32,000 nucleotides of DNA from a virus. Position 1 is the stretch's first letter; every line of letters starts with the position of its first letter. The stretch is from the IMG/VR virus record IMGVR_UViG_3300036768_001582, positions 30,087 through 62,086 of that record; one strand, given 5' to 3'. Shown here one piece after another: positions 1-9,067 of this stretch. The notes beneath the pieces were generated by a model. The model did no database searches and had not been told where the DNA came from. It saw nothing but the letters and a program-made list of their open reading frames with translations. The translations under genes and the position numbers were made by a program.

Positions 1-2
1 CT

Positions 3-28
3 GGGGAAAAGCGAAACGGGGCGCCCCG
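3..28 (-). terminator. Candidate intrinsic terminator at the end of the head operon
   Basis: The minus strand reads the GC palindrome CGGGGCGCCCCG (17-28) followed by the T-rich TTTCGCTTTTCCCC (3-16). It lies about 70 nt downstream of the stop of the 98-412 CDS. The stem is short, so the call is weak. Confidence 0.35.
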
Positions 29-97
29 CGCGTGACAGCGGAGTCGCCCCGTACACTACGACAGAACTGAGAGACTAGGAAGCCTCTCGTGCGCCGT

Positions 98-412
98 TCA
101 GCTCGCGACGATGTACAGCCCGTACGTGACGCCGGACTGGTTCGCCACCGCGCTCTCCACGCCGGTCGCCTTGACGCGGATGAAGAGCTTTTCGTTGGCG
201 TGGTCGTACTCCGCCGCATCCGCCAGGATGCCCTCGTCCTTGACGGAGATGATGTTGAGGTTCGGCATCCCCGTCGCGGCGCGCAGCTTCGCGAGGAGGC
301 CCGTCGAGCCGCCCGCGGGGTACGCGCCGTCCCCGACGAGGGTGCAGCGGAAGTGGAAGACGGGGCCGACGGCGTCGACGCGCTCCACGATGGTGAGGTT
401 TCCGAGTGCCAT
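98..412 (-). CDS. 104-aa protein directly downstream of the major capsid gene; possible capsid accessory or decoration protein (by position only)
   Basis: ATG at 412 with a purine-rich GAGAA stretch upstream. GC-rich third codon positions. It is the last gene before the terminator-like hairpin. No family was recognised. Confidence 0.6.
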   Translation of the reverse strand: MALGNLTIVERVDAVGPVFHFRCTLVGDGAYPAGGSTGLLAKLRAATGMPNLNIISVKDEGILADAAEYDHANEKLFIRVKATGVESAVANQSGVTYGLYIVAS

Positions 413-444
413 GGTCTGTTCTCGCTTTCTTCCGGTTCGAGGTT

Positions 445-468
445 GAGGTCAGACCGGAGGTCAGACCG
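445..468 (-). repeat. Tandem 12-nt duplication spanning the capsid-gene stop codon
   Basis: Plus strand gaggtcagaccg occurs twice in tandem (445-456 and 457-468). The minus strand reads CGGTCTGACCTC CGGTCTGACCTC, so GTC TGA occurs twice in the same frame, 12 nt apart. Confidence 0.8.
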
Positions 469-1408
469 TGGTGACGCCCGTGGCCTTCACGACCGCGTCC
501 TCGTGCGCGTACTTGCAGTCCATGCGCAGGGTCGCGACGATGATGAGAACGCCCTCGGAGACGAGCTTGTCCGTCTCGACGCGGATGTTCCGCCAGATGC
601 CGATGTTCACGTTCTTCGGGTCCGTGAGGATGATGTTCGTCGTGTCCGCGCCACCGAGGTTCTCGGGGAACAGCGGGACGTCGACGATGCCGATGCCGTT
701 GTACATCGACGGCACGTCCTGCTCGATGTACTTGTCGCCCCCGACCGTCTGGCGGCTCGTGAGCGCGTCGCGCCACTTGATTTCCGCGTTGACGGACGTG
801 AGAAACTTGAGCGCGCGCTTGTCGCGGAGGAACTCGCTCGGCATCGCGCGAAGCATGTTCCGGAGGACCGTCGTGGAGATGGCGCCGCCGGCCGCGACGA
901 CGTGGCTCGTCGCCTGCTTGATGATGCCGTCGAACTTCGCGAGGAACGGGTCCGCGCTCGTCGTGTCGCCGTTGACGACGACCTCCTCGGTGTCGAGGGC
1001 GATGCGCTCGGCCATCATCTGCATGATGGTCTGGCGCAGCTCCGCGCGCTCGATGTTGTCCTCCAGGACCTCGTTGTCCAGGCGGACCTCGGCCTTGAAG
1101 AGCTGCGCGTTCAGCTCGACCTTCGAGAGGTCGGGCTTGGCGCGGTCACCCGCGGCGAGAGCCGTCGCCTCCGTGCCCGCGCGGAGGATGCGCGAGCCGA
1201 ACTTGATTTTCTCGATGAGCTGCTTGGGGCTGCGCATCGGGACGACCGTGCTCATGCCGAGCACGCGCGACGACTTGATCATGATGCGCATGAACTTCGC
1301 CGCCTGGGCGGGCTGGAGGAGGCCGCCGGAGGTCGTGAGGTCCGCGAGCGCCATGTCGGCCTTCGCGAGGATGCTGCGGTTGTCCGTGACGGGGGCTGCC
1401 ATGGTCAT
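461..1408 (-). CDS. Major capsid protein, HK97-fold (Phage_capsid-like), 315 aa
   Basis: The N-terminal pattern [27 protein letters not shown]...VPMRSPKQ is typical of HK97-type capsid proteins. Size and position after the protease/scaffold genes fit. SD AGGAGAA lies 5 nt before the ATG. Confidence 0.85.
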   Translation of the reverse strand: MTMAAPVTDNRSILAKADMALADLTTSGGLLQPAQAAKFMRIMIKSSRVLGMSTVVPMRSPKQLIEKIKFGSRILRAGTEATALAAGDRAKPDLSKVELNAQLFKAEVRLDNEVLEDNIERAELRQTIMQMMAERIALDTEEVVVNGDTTSADPFLAKFDGIIKQATSHVVAAGGAISTTVLRNMLRAMPSEFLRDKRALKFLTSVNAEIKWRDALTSRQTVGGDKYIEQDVPSMYNGIGIVDVPLFPENLGGADTTNIILTDPKNVNIGIWRNIRVETDKLVSEGVLIIVATLRMDCKYAHEDAVVKATGVTTV

Positions 1409-1441
1409 GGTGGTTCTCCTGTCTTCGCCGCCGTGGCCCGG

Positions 1442-2449
1442 TCAGCCGAAGAATTCCTTTCCTGCGGTCTCTGCGGTGACGGGTTCGTTCATGTCGAGCG
1501 GCCAGGAGACTTCCTCGCCGCGAGACTTCTGCACGTCGACCTGCGCGCCGTTGGACGCCTGGGTCGCGTTGCGGAGCGCCCCGAGCTGCTCCGCCTGCTT
1601 CTTGATGGTCTTCGCCGCGTCGTCGAGGGCCTTCTGGACCTCGGCGGGAAGCTCCACGCTCTTCTTGGTCCCCTTCTTTTCGGGGACGGTAGGCTGGGTG
1701 GCCGGCTTCTCGCCCGCGCCCTGCTCCGCGACGCCGGCGGAGGGAGCACCCTTCGCCTTCTGCGTGTCGTCGACGACCTTCGGGAGGACCTCGGCGAGGA
1801 TGTCGCCCAGCGCCGCGTACGCGGCCTGAAGCCGGTCGAGGCGGTCCTTCGCCATCTTCGCGCCGACCTTCTGGACGAGCGCGTGGCCGGCCTTCTCGCC
1901 CTCGGCCTTCGCCACGATGCGCTTCGCGCGGCGCACTTCGAGGCGCTTGCCCATGCCCGCGGGCGCCGCCGGCTCCGTCGCGGGGACGACGCCGTTGTTG
2001 TTGCCCGGGTCCTCGATGCCGAGGAACGCGAGGACGGCGTCCGCGATGTCGTCCGCGGTCGTCACGAGCTGGTCGATGATGCTCTCCGTCTCGCCGCCGG
2101 ACGTGAGGAGGCTCTTCGCCTTCGTCAGACCGTCGAGCGCGCCGTCCACGACCTCCTGGAAGGTCGTCGCGGCCTCGGCCGGCATCTTCGCCGCTGTCTT
2201 CGTGGTCGCGTCGGGCGCGGTCGTCTCCGTCGCCGCCGGAGCACCGCTCGCGGGAGCGGCGGCCGCCGGCTTGGTCGTGAAGCTGCCATCCGCGTTCTGC
2301 ACGACCTCGGAGCCGATTGCCATATCACCCTCGCGCTTGACCAAGAGGAACTTGCGGCGATTCGCGGCGCGGTCCACGACCGATACCTCCTCCACCGTCA
2401 TGTCGGTGAGGCGGTGTACCTGCTTCGGGTCCTGCTTCGCGTCGCTCAC
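1442..2449 (-). CDS. Scaffold-like protein, 335 aa, with an N-terminal EVSVVDRAANRRKFLLVK strand motif
   Basis: GTG start at 2449. Long Ala/Lys/Glu/Gln-rich region that looks helical. It sits between the protease-domain gene and the capsid gene. C-terminal motif SWPLDMNEP. Confidence 0.75.
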   Translation of the reverse strand: MSDAKQDPKQVHRLTDMTVEEVSVVDRAANRRKFLLVKREGDMAIGSEVVQNADGSFTTKPAAAAPASGAPAATETTAPDATTKTAAKMPAEAATTFQEVVDGALDGLTKAKSLLTSGGETESIIDQLVTTADDIADAVLAFLGIEDPGNNNGVVPATEPAAPAGMGKRLEVRRAKRIVAKAEGEKAGHALVQKVGAKMAKDRLDRLQAAYAALGDILAEVLPKVVDDTQKAKGAPSAGVAEQGAGEKPATQPTVPEKKGTKKSVELPAEVQKALDDAAKTIKKQAEQLGALRNATQASNGAQVDVQKSRGEEVSWPLDMNEPVTAETAGKEFFG

Positions 2450-2489
2450 GGTTTACGGGCTCCAGTGTGTTACGGAACAGCCTATCTCG

Positions 2490-4070
2490 TCAAGCCGCCT
2501 GCGTGGCTCCGGTATCGGGTTTCCGAATGGCGGAGCCCCCGATAGAGAATCCGGTGATGTCGCCGCCCTTCACCGCGGTCCAAAGCTCGTCGTCCACGAC
2601 CTTCACGGCCATGACCCACGTGCCCTTCTTGACCGGCGCGCCGTCCACCTCGAAGTCGACGGGTGCGATGAAGGACTCCAGAATCTTCACCTTGTCGTTG
2701 ATGGCGCCCTTGTGCATGAAGCCCATCGTCCGGAATTTCTCCATGAACGCGTGAGCGGCATTCCGAATCTCGTCCGCGGAGTAGATGTCCTGCTGGGCGT
2801 CCACCGTCTCGGGCTCCAGGACGATGCCGTAGACGAAGCGCTCCTCCGTCGTCGCCTTCTCGTCGCCGGCCTTCGCCTTCGCGAAGCGGACGGTGCGCCC
2901 GAGGAACTTCTGGAGCGGGTCGGCGGGCTTCTCGGCCTTCTCCGTCGGGATGCCGCGGAGCGAGACGGGCAGGAGCCCCTTCGTCGCGGTGTCGCGCGGG
3001 TCGGAGCAGCGGTGGCGCGCGACCATCCGGCGCTCGCCATCCTCGAAGAGGACGAGCGCGTTGCCCATCGCCTCCGCGAGGACCTTGCCGACCGCGCTCT
3101 CCCCGGTGTCGGCGGTGACGGTGACCGTCCGGCCGATGATGCTGTCCTCGTTCGCCGCGAACGCTTCCTCCACGCTCGTCGCCTTCACGACGGGGAGAGG
3201 CTCGTCGGCGGACACGAGCGCCTTCGTCGCGCAGTCGCCGCAGACCAGCTCGCGCTCGACGCGCTTCGTGACCGCGTCGGCGAGCAGCTCCAGCGCGCGG
3301 CTCGCGGGCTCGTCGCACCGCTCGCACTTGAACGCGTAGCCCGGGAACGTCGGCCCGGGGTCGGGGAGCCCGAATTCCGTCTTGGCCAGCTCCTCCTCGG
3401 TCGGCTCGTACAGGTACAGCTTCGACACGCAGAGGCGGTGCTCACCGTCGACCATCTTCACGAGCGGCTCCGCGAACAGCTCCATGGAGACGAGCGCGTC
3501 CCGGACGCGGCGCGCGTCGTCGCCCTTGAGCGTCCAGTATCGGAGCGCGTAGGGGACGACGGCTTCCAGCGACGGCGGGAGCGCGGAGCAGCCCTCGGGC
3601 GGCATGACGCCGGCGTCCACGGCCTGCTTCGTGAGCACGTAGGGCACGAGGCTCTTGGCCATCGAGGCCACCCAGCCGTCGGCGCGCCGCTTGAGCTGGA
3701 GGGTGCCGTTACATTCGGAGCCCTTCGCGAGGAAGAACTCACGGAAGTCGGCGGTGGCGATGCCCGGCGTGACCGTCGCCTGGAACTTCTCCGTGTGGAG
3801 GCGCTCCGTCTGGCGCACCGGGTAGGCGCGCGTGCCGAGCGACACCGCGATGGGCAGCGTCTTCGCGAGCCCCTTCGGGATGCCGGTGAGGTCGAATTCC
3901 CAGACCTCGTTGCCGAGGAGCTTCGACGCGACGAGCGGGCCGCACGGCTTCGTCCCCGCCTCCGGCGCGAAGCCGGAGTAGGGAGCCGGGACGAGGGTGG
4001 ACGGCTTCGTCGCGGGCGACGTGGTCGTGCCCGCGGCGGCCTTCTTCGTCTTCGTGCGCTTCGTCGTCAT
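2490..4070 (-). CDS. 526-aa fusion: unknown N-terminal region of about 390 aa (with a CxxC...CxxC zinc-ribbon-like pair) plus a C-terminal XkdF-like putative prohead serine protease domain
   Basis: The C-terminal FVYGIVLEPETVDAQQDIYSADEIRNAAHAFM...FMHKG...ESFIAP...GTWVMAVKVVDDELWTAVKGGDITGFSIGG matches the XkdF/Peptidase_S78_2 pattern as I remember it. SD GAGGAG lies 7 nt before the ATG at 4070. Confidence 0.75.
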   Translation of the reverse strand: MTTKRTKTKKAAAGTTTSPATKPSTLVPAPYSGFAPEAGTKPCGPLVASKLLGNEVWEFDLTGIPKGLAKTLPIAVSLGTRAYPVRQTERLHTEKFQATVTPGIATADFREFFLAKGSECNGTLQLKRRADGWVASMAKSLVPYVLTKQAVDAGVMPPEGCSALPPSLEAVVPYALRYWTLKGDDARRVRDALVSMELFAEPLVKMVDGEHRLCVSKLYLYEPTEEELAKTEFGLPDPGPTFPGYAFKCERCDEPASRALELLADAVTKRVERELVCGDCATKALVSADEPLPVVKATSVEEAFAANEDSIIGRTVTVTADTGESAVGKVLAEAMGNALVLFEDGERRMVARHRCSDPRDTATKGLLPVSLRGIPTEKAEKPADPLQKFLGRTVRFAKAKAGDEKATTEERFVYGIVLEPETVDAQQDIYSADEIRNAAHAFMEKFRTMGFMHKGAINDKVKILESFIAPVDFEVDGAPVKKGTWVMAVKVVDDELWTAVKGGDITGFSIGGSAIRKPDTGATQAA

Positions 4071-4097
4071 CGGGAAGCTCCTCGGCTCGGGGTCACG

Positions 4098-5219
4098 TCA
4101 CTTCGTCGCCCAGGGGTCGCGCCCCCAGCCGTCGTCGGCGTCCGCGGGGCGCTTCGCCGGCTCGGCCTTCTCCTCGAACGGGAGGCCGGGCTCGGGGTCG
4201 TTCATGTCCATCGGCCAGACGAAGGGCGCGTTGGGGTCGGCCTTCTCCGTCTTGGTCGTGTCGCTCTTCGCCGTCGGGTCCTTCGCGGGAGCCGGCGGGT
4301 TGCTGAACGCCATGTTCGCGGCGTTCGGGCCGGGCTGCTCGGTCAGCGAGAGCGCCGACTGGACGTCCTTGATGACCTCGCCGAGGTTCTGCGCGAAGGA
4401 GCCCTGGCCGTCGACCTTGTCCTTGGCCGCGGGGGTCTCCTTCTCGCTCTGGTCCTTCGTCGCGGTGAGGTCGCCCATCGTCTTCTCCGGGAGCGGCGCG
4501 AACGCAGCCTCCATCTCGACGGTGAACGGCGCGGTGCCCTCCTTCTGGGCCTCCCACGACGCCTTCGCGATGGCGGTCACGCGCTTGACGCACGCGAGGC
4601 GAGCCTTCGCCGTCTCCTCGTCGTCCGCCTTGATGGCCTCGAACTGGGAGGCCGTCCAGGACGCGAAGAGCGCCTTGTCCATCTTCACTTCCGTGCTCTT
4701 CATCGCGTCTCCCTTGAGGCCGGAGAGCATCGACACGACGCCCTTCAGCTCCGTCTTGGCCTTGTCGGTGTCACCCTCGCGGAGCGCGTCGGACACGCCC
4801 CAGAGCCGCTCGCGCGCGGCGTCGAGCGTCACCTTGATGGCGGTGAACTCGTCCAGCTCCATCTTCTGGACCTCGCCCTCGGCCTTGCCGACGCCCGGCG
4901 GGGGCGGCTTCAGCGGGCCGCCCGGAGCGGCGCCGGCCGGCGGAGCAGCGGGCGCCGGAGCGCCGGCGCCAGCGGGGACCGCGCCCTGGAGCGCGGCGAT
5001 GATGGCGGGCACCTCCGTCGCGGCCGTCGGCGGGAGCGCGCCGCCGTTCGCGGTCGCGGCCTGGATGAGGGCCTGGAGCTTGGTCGCGGCCTGCTGGAGC
5101 GCGGCCACCGGCCCGGCGCCCGTCGCGGCTCCGGGAGCGGGCGGCGCGGCCGGAGGCGGAGCACCGCCAGCGGCGGGCGGAGGCGGAGCAGCGTGAGCGG
5201 TGGGGGCGGCCATGGTCAT
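4098..5219 (-). CDS. Second scaffold-like, Ala/Pro-rich acidic protein, 373 aa
   Basis: SD AGGAGAA plus ATG at 5219. N-terminal poly-Ala/Pro tract, then a charged region that looks helical. The C-terminal motif VWPMDMNDP is shared with the 1442-2449 product. Confidence 0.7.
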   Translation of the reverse strand: MTMAAPTAHAAPPPPAAGGAPPPAAPPAPGAATGAGPVAALQQAATKLQALIQAATANGGALPPTAATEVPAIIAALQGAVPAGAGAPAPAAPPAGAAPGGPLKPPPPGVGKAEGEVQKMELDEFTAIKVTLDAARERLWGVSDALREGDTDKAKTELKGVVSMLSGLKGDAMKSTEVKMDKALFASWTASQFEAIKADDEETAKARLACVKRVTAIAKASWEAQKEGTAPFTVEMEAAFAPLPEKTMGDLTATKDQSEKETPAAKDKVDGQGSFAQNLGEVIKDVQSALSLTEQPGPNAANMAFSNPPAPAKDPTAKSDTTKTEKADPNAPFVWPMDMNDPEPGLPFEEKAEPAKRPADADDGWGRDPWATK

Positions 5220-5253
5220 GTCGGTTCTCCTGTTCGTCGGTGAAGGTACAGGC

Positions 5254-5595
5254 TCAGCCGCGCCCGGTCAAAGCCGCGGCGTTCTCCGCGAGCGTGTCCG
5301 GCGTCCAGACGTTCCCCGTAGCCTCGGGGTTGTACGGGATGCCGTCCAGCTCGCATCGGAGATACGCGGTGAGGTGGTCGAGAATCTTCGGCACGGACCA
5401 CTTCAGGTCACCGCGGAGGCGCTTCACGAGGTCCCAGCACATGTCCGTGCGCCGCCGAATCTCGCTCCGCGTCGTGCGCGCGCCGTCGAGGAACGACAGC
5501 TCCACGCTCGCGACGACCGCGACGACGATGCGCCCGAAGTCGGGACCGGAGACGAGCGAGCGGACGACCTCACCGCGTTCGTGCATGCTGCGCAC
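5254..5595 (-). CDS. Hypothetical protein, about 113 aa; start uncertain (GTG 5595 or ATG 5586)
   Basis: Open frame with GC-rich third positions between the MuF-like gene and the scaffold-like gene. No clear SD. Confidence 0.5.
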   Translation of the reverse strand: MRSMHERGEVVRSLVSGPDFGRIVVAVVASVELSFLDGARTTRSEIRRRTDMCWDLVKRLRGDLKWSVPKILDHLTAYLRCELDGIPYNPEATGNVWTPDTLAENAAALTGRG

Positions 5596-5628
5596 GGTAT
5601 CACGTGCGTGAGAGAATCGGTATCCCCT

Positions 5629-6699
5629 TCACACGAGCGGGAGGATGGTCGAGCGGCAGTTGCCGTGCAGCGGTGGGCAGGTGCAGCCCTTCGCCTGGAG
5701 CTGCGCGTCGGAGAGGCGCGTGTTGAACGAGCCGGTGTCGTCGAGATTGCCGACCGCGTTATCCACGACGTCGGCGAGGCGGTCGCGCGAGCCGTCCCGG
5801 TTCTTCGTGTAGAGGTACTCCACGCCGTTCTCGTCCTTGCCGACGTTCACCCACGGCTGGATGAAGCGGACGTCCTCGGGGTCGCTCGACGCGGCCACCT
5901 TCTTGTACCGCTTCAGGTCGTTCACGACGTCGAACGTGCGGCCGTGCATGAAGCGGCACTGGAGGCTCGTGACCTCATCCAACACGGCCTCGAACATGTA
6001 CCGCTCGATGCCCGCGTCCTCGTACGCGCGGAGAGAGCCGAACTGCCGCGCGCGCCCCGCGTACACGCTGCTGACCATGTTGTAGTAGGCCCGCGAGCGG
6101 TTCACGTTCATCTTCACGAGCGCGGCTTCAATCTCGCCGCCAATCTCGACGCGGCCGAGGCCGTTCTTGAGACCCTCGGCCACGACTTTCCGAGCCAGCT
6201 CGCTCGCCTTGTCCGCGCGCGCCCCGTATTCGTCGCGGACGTAGTGCGCCTGGGCCTTCGCGGCGTGCGCGGCCACCTTCTTGTCCGTGACGGTGAGGCT
6301 CGCGTTCACGTCGAGCCCGAACGTCGCCTTGGCGCTCGTGCGCGCGCCGCCGGCCACGCGCGTGTACGCGCCCTTGAACGTGGTCTGGATGGCGGGGAGC
6401 ACCGCCTTGGGAGTGTCTTGGAGCGCGCGGTTGGCCGCGCGCATGACCGCTTCCTGCTTCTCTGCCGATGCCGTCGTCCAGTCGATGTCGAGCGCGTCGA
6501 GAGCGCGCGCCATCGCAGCGGCTTCGGCGGGGCCGGTGAGCCCGAGCAGCGCGTCCTGGAGCCGCTTGATGATGACGAGGAAGTCGCCGGGGTCGAGCGG
6601 GTCGAGCGCCTTGCGGACGTCGACGAGGAAGACGCGCTTGAGCACGTCCTCCGCCGCTTCGGCGCCCGCGACGTAGAGGTCAGCCGCGGGGCTCGTCAT
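5629..6699 (-). CDS. Head morphogenesis protein, Phage_Mu_F / SPP1 gp7 family, 356 aa
   Basis: Motifs AGIERYMFEAVLDEVTSLQCRFMHGRTF and the C-terminal CPPLHGNCRSTILP are characteristic of MuF-type proteins. It lies immediately downstream of the portal gene, with a 20-nt overlap. Confidence 0.85.
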   Translation of the reverse strand: MTSPAADLYVAGAEAAEDVLKRVFLVDVRKALDPLDPGDFLVIIKRLQDALLGLTGPAEAAAMARALDALDIDWTTASAEKQEAVMRAANRALQDTPKAVLPAIQTTFKGAYTRVAGGARTSAKATFGLDVNASLTVTDKKVAAHAAKAQAHYVRDEYGARADKASELARKVVAEGLKNGLGRVEIGGEIEAALVKMNVNRSRAYYNMVSSVYAGRARQFGSLRAYEDAGIERYMFEAVLDEVTSLQCRFMHGRTFDVVNDLKRYKKVAASSDPEDVRFIQPWVNVGKDENGVEYLYTKNRDGSRDRLADVVDNAVGNLDDTGSFNTRLSDAQLQAKGCTCPPLHGNCRSTILPLV

Positions 6700-9067
6700 C
6701 GGAGATGGCCGCGAGGACGCCGGGGTCGGCCAGGAGGCTCTTCGCCGCGCGCACGCGCGCCTCGGGGCTCATCTCCGCGCGCTTCGCGGCCATGAACTCC
6801 GCGCGAGCCTGCTTCGACTCCTCCGCGAGCAGCGCGTTACGGACCTGGAGCAGCGCGCGCGCCTTGTCGGCGAGCGACGGACGGAGGCGCCTGAACTTCG
6901 GGCGCTTGCCCTGCGCGGGCTGGAGGCCGCCGGCCTGGGCGAGGTCGGCCCCGGCGAGCGTCCCACCGACGTCGGGGACGTTGTTCGCGCCGAGGTTCGG
7001 GCCGCCGTCGTCGCTCTTCGGCGTCGCGACGGGCTGCGCGGCGGTCGCGTAGGGGTGGCGCGCCGCGATGGCGCCAGCCATCCCCGCGGTCGGCGGGAGG
7101 CCCCCGGCCGGCGGCGGGAAGCCGCCGAAGCCACCGCTGTACATGTACTGCGACACGGTCATCTCGCCGGTCGGGTCCGGCGAGCCGTCCGGGAGCAGCT
7201 TCGGGCCGAGGCCGGCCGCCGCGCGCGCCTCGTTGACCGTGACGACGTTGCCCATCGCGGTCGGCGTGAGGATGCTCTGCGCCGCGGCGTCGTCGGGGAC
7301 CAGCTCGTCCGCTTCGCCGCCGACCCACGGGCCGCGCAGCTCCCCGTTCTCCTCGACCGGGATGCCGGCGAGCGTGAGCTGAACGGGCTGCTTCACCCAC
7401 GCGGCGTCGAGCGTCTTCAGCTCCTTGTTGAAGACCTTTTCGGCAATCTGTCGCGCCTCCTCGGGCGTGATGACGCTCGCGTCGGCGAGGAGCTGGATGA
7501 TGGTCGCGAGCTGCTGCGGGTCCGTCATCGACGGAGCGTTGGAGACGAACTTCCAGTAACGGATGCCGAGGTCGGAGAAGAGCTTGCGGTTGATGAGGAA
7601 GTCGAAGTCCTCGCGCTCGGGGCTGAACACCTGCTGCTCCGCGAATTCGAGAGCGGCCTCCGCCGTCGCACGGTTGAAGTCGCGGATGTCTCCGCGGAGC
7701 AGGCGCGGCATCCGGAAGGCCATGCCGACCTTGTCCGTGTTCCGCTCGTCGTAGTCCATGAAGAGGCCGTCCTTGTTCTGGGCCTCCGTGAGCGGCTTCA
7801 GCTCCACCTTCGCCTGCGCGGCGGCGCCCGTGAGCGCGTTCGCCGCTCCGTCGCTCACCGCCTCGATGATGAGCATCTTGTGAAAGTTTTTCTTCCCCTT
7901 GATTTCCGTCTCGATGTAGCTCTCCAGCCGCTTCACCGACTCTTCGGTCATCCGGCCGCCGGAGACGAGACACGCGAGCGGCGGGACGCTCTTGTTCTCA
8001 AAGTACAGGTAGTTGACCTCTTCGGCCTGGCGCGAGCCGAGCACCGCGAGGAGCACGCCAATCCAGCGCGGCACGCCGTACGACGAGCGCGGCGAGTGGA
8101 CCTTGAAGTGGAGCACCTCGGTGGCCGGCGAGACGCCTTCCTCCGCCGCCTTGAGGACGTCGACGCTCTCGTACACCTTGCCCGTCTTGGACGAGATGAC
8201 GCGCGGGTCCCCATACTCCTTGAAGAACACGGTGGACTGCTCGAACACCTGGACGAAGCGGCGAAACTTCTTGCGCTTGGGCTTCTTGACGTAGGTAACC
8301 TCGGTGGCCTTCACCTTGAGCGTCACTTCCGTCGGGCTCGTGTCCTGCGGCATGAGCCGCATCGTGAACGCCGGCAGGTAGGTGAACTCCGCGACCTCCC
8401 CGAGCCCGTTGCGGAGGACTTCGAGGTAGCCGTTGCCGATGACTTCGAGGTCCTGGCGGAGCCGGCGACGGAGCGCGACGAAGGAGAGGTCCTCGCAACA
8501 GAAGTTGAAGAACTGTTCCACGCGCGCCTTCTCCGCGCGCATCGACTCCGCCATCTCCTGCATCCGAGCGGTGACCTCGTCCCCGTTCGGGTCGACCATC
8601 GTGACGAGCGTGGCGGCCTGCTCGGCGGTGACCGTCGGGTCGGCGAGCGCGGCCTCCCGCTCCAGCTCGATGACGCGAGCGACACGGAGCCGCGCGTCGG
8701 GCGCGTCGAGGTCAATGATGGGCTCGAAACGGTGGCCGAAGCCGTCGATGTTCGTCACGTACGCGTCGACGTTCGGGCGCAGCGCGCTGGAATGCTCCAC
8801 GAGCGCGGTGAGCGTGCTCGGGTTGTACGGCGGCTCCAGCGCTCCGGCGTTGGCGAAGCGCTTTTCCACGTCGTCGACGGTCGGGAGCGCGTTGGACTCC
8901 ATGATGCCGTCGGGGCCGGCGTCCTTCATCACGCCGGCGCGGTCGGCGTCGCGGCCGAGGACGTGGAGCTTCACGATGGCCTCGCGGCCCTCGGTCATCT
9001 GCTCGATGCGCTTCCGCAACTCCTCGGGCTGGAGGAGCGCGTCTCCGGGGAGCGCGGCCGCGGTCAC
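6680..9067 (-). CDS. Portal protein, 795 aa, with a long Gly/Ala/Pro-rich C-terminal extension
   Basis: The N-terminal half (EPPYNPSTLTALVEHSSALRPNVDAYVTNIDGFGHRFEP...) fits the Phage_portal pattern. GTG start at 9067 sits in a GTGA overlap with the upstream stop. A MuF-like gene follows. Confidence 0.88.
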   Translation of the reverse strand: MTAAALPGDALLQPEELRKRIEQMTEGREAIVKLHVLGRDADRAGVMKDAGPDGIMESNALPTVDDVEKRFANAGALEPPYNPSTLTALVEHSSALRPNVDAYVTNIDGFGHRFEPIIDLDAPDARLRVARVIELEREAALADPTVTAEQAATLVTMVDPNGDEVTARMQEMAESMRAEKARVEQFFNFCCEDLSFVALRRRLRQDLEVIGNGYLEVLRNGLGEVAEFTYLPAFTMRLMPQDTSPTEVTLKVKATEVTYVKKPKRKKFRRFVQVFEQSTVFFKEYGDPRVISSKTGKVYESVDVLKAAEEGVSPATEVLHFKVHSPRSSYGVPRWIGVLLAVLGSRQAEEVNYLYFENKSVPPLACLVSGGRMTEESVKRLESYIETEIKGKKNFHKMLIIEAVSDGAANALTGAAAQAKVELKPLTEAQNKDGLFMDYDERNTDKVGMAFRMPRLLRGDIRDFNRATAEAALEFAEQQVFSPEREDFDFLINRKLFSDLGIRYWKFVSNAPSMTDPQQLATIIQLLADASVITPEEARQIAEKVFNKELKTLDAAWVKQPVQLTLAGIPVEENGELRGPWVGGEADELVPDDAAAQSILTPTAMGNVVTVNEARAAAGLGPKLLPDGSPDPTGEMTVSQYMYSGGFGGFPPPAGGLPPTAGMAGAIAARHPYATAAQPVATPKSDDGGPNLGANNVPDVGGTLAGADLAQAGGLQPAQGKRPKFRRLRPSLADKARALLQVRNALLAEESKQARAEFMAAKRAEMSPEARVRAAKSLLADPGVLAAISDDEPRG

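Noticed and set aside
2450-2492. Programmed frameshift or read-through that would fuse the 526-aa protease-domain ORF to the following scaffold-like ORF.
   Set aside because: The two ORFs are in different frames, and the downstream frame has an in-frame TAA two codons before its GTG start. I saw no slippery heptamer. A separate SD (GGAG) precedes the GTG.
89-5243. Very long plus-strand ORFs (89-2545 at 818 aa, 1917-5243 at 1108 aa). Similar ones occur at 7055-9106, 16999-19812, 19822-22725 and 26709-28070.
   Set aside because: They lie antisense to minus-strand genes with recognisable families (capsid, protease, portal, fibre, terminase). Their translations are dominated by Arg/Gly/Asp/Leu/Val and do not look protein-like. 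No SD precedes their starts. Such shadow ORFs are expected in DNA this GC-rich, where stop codons are rare.
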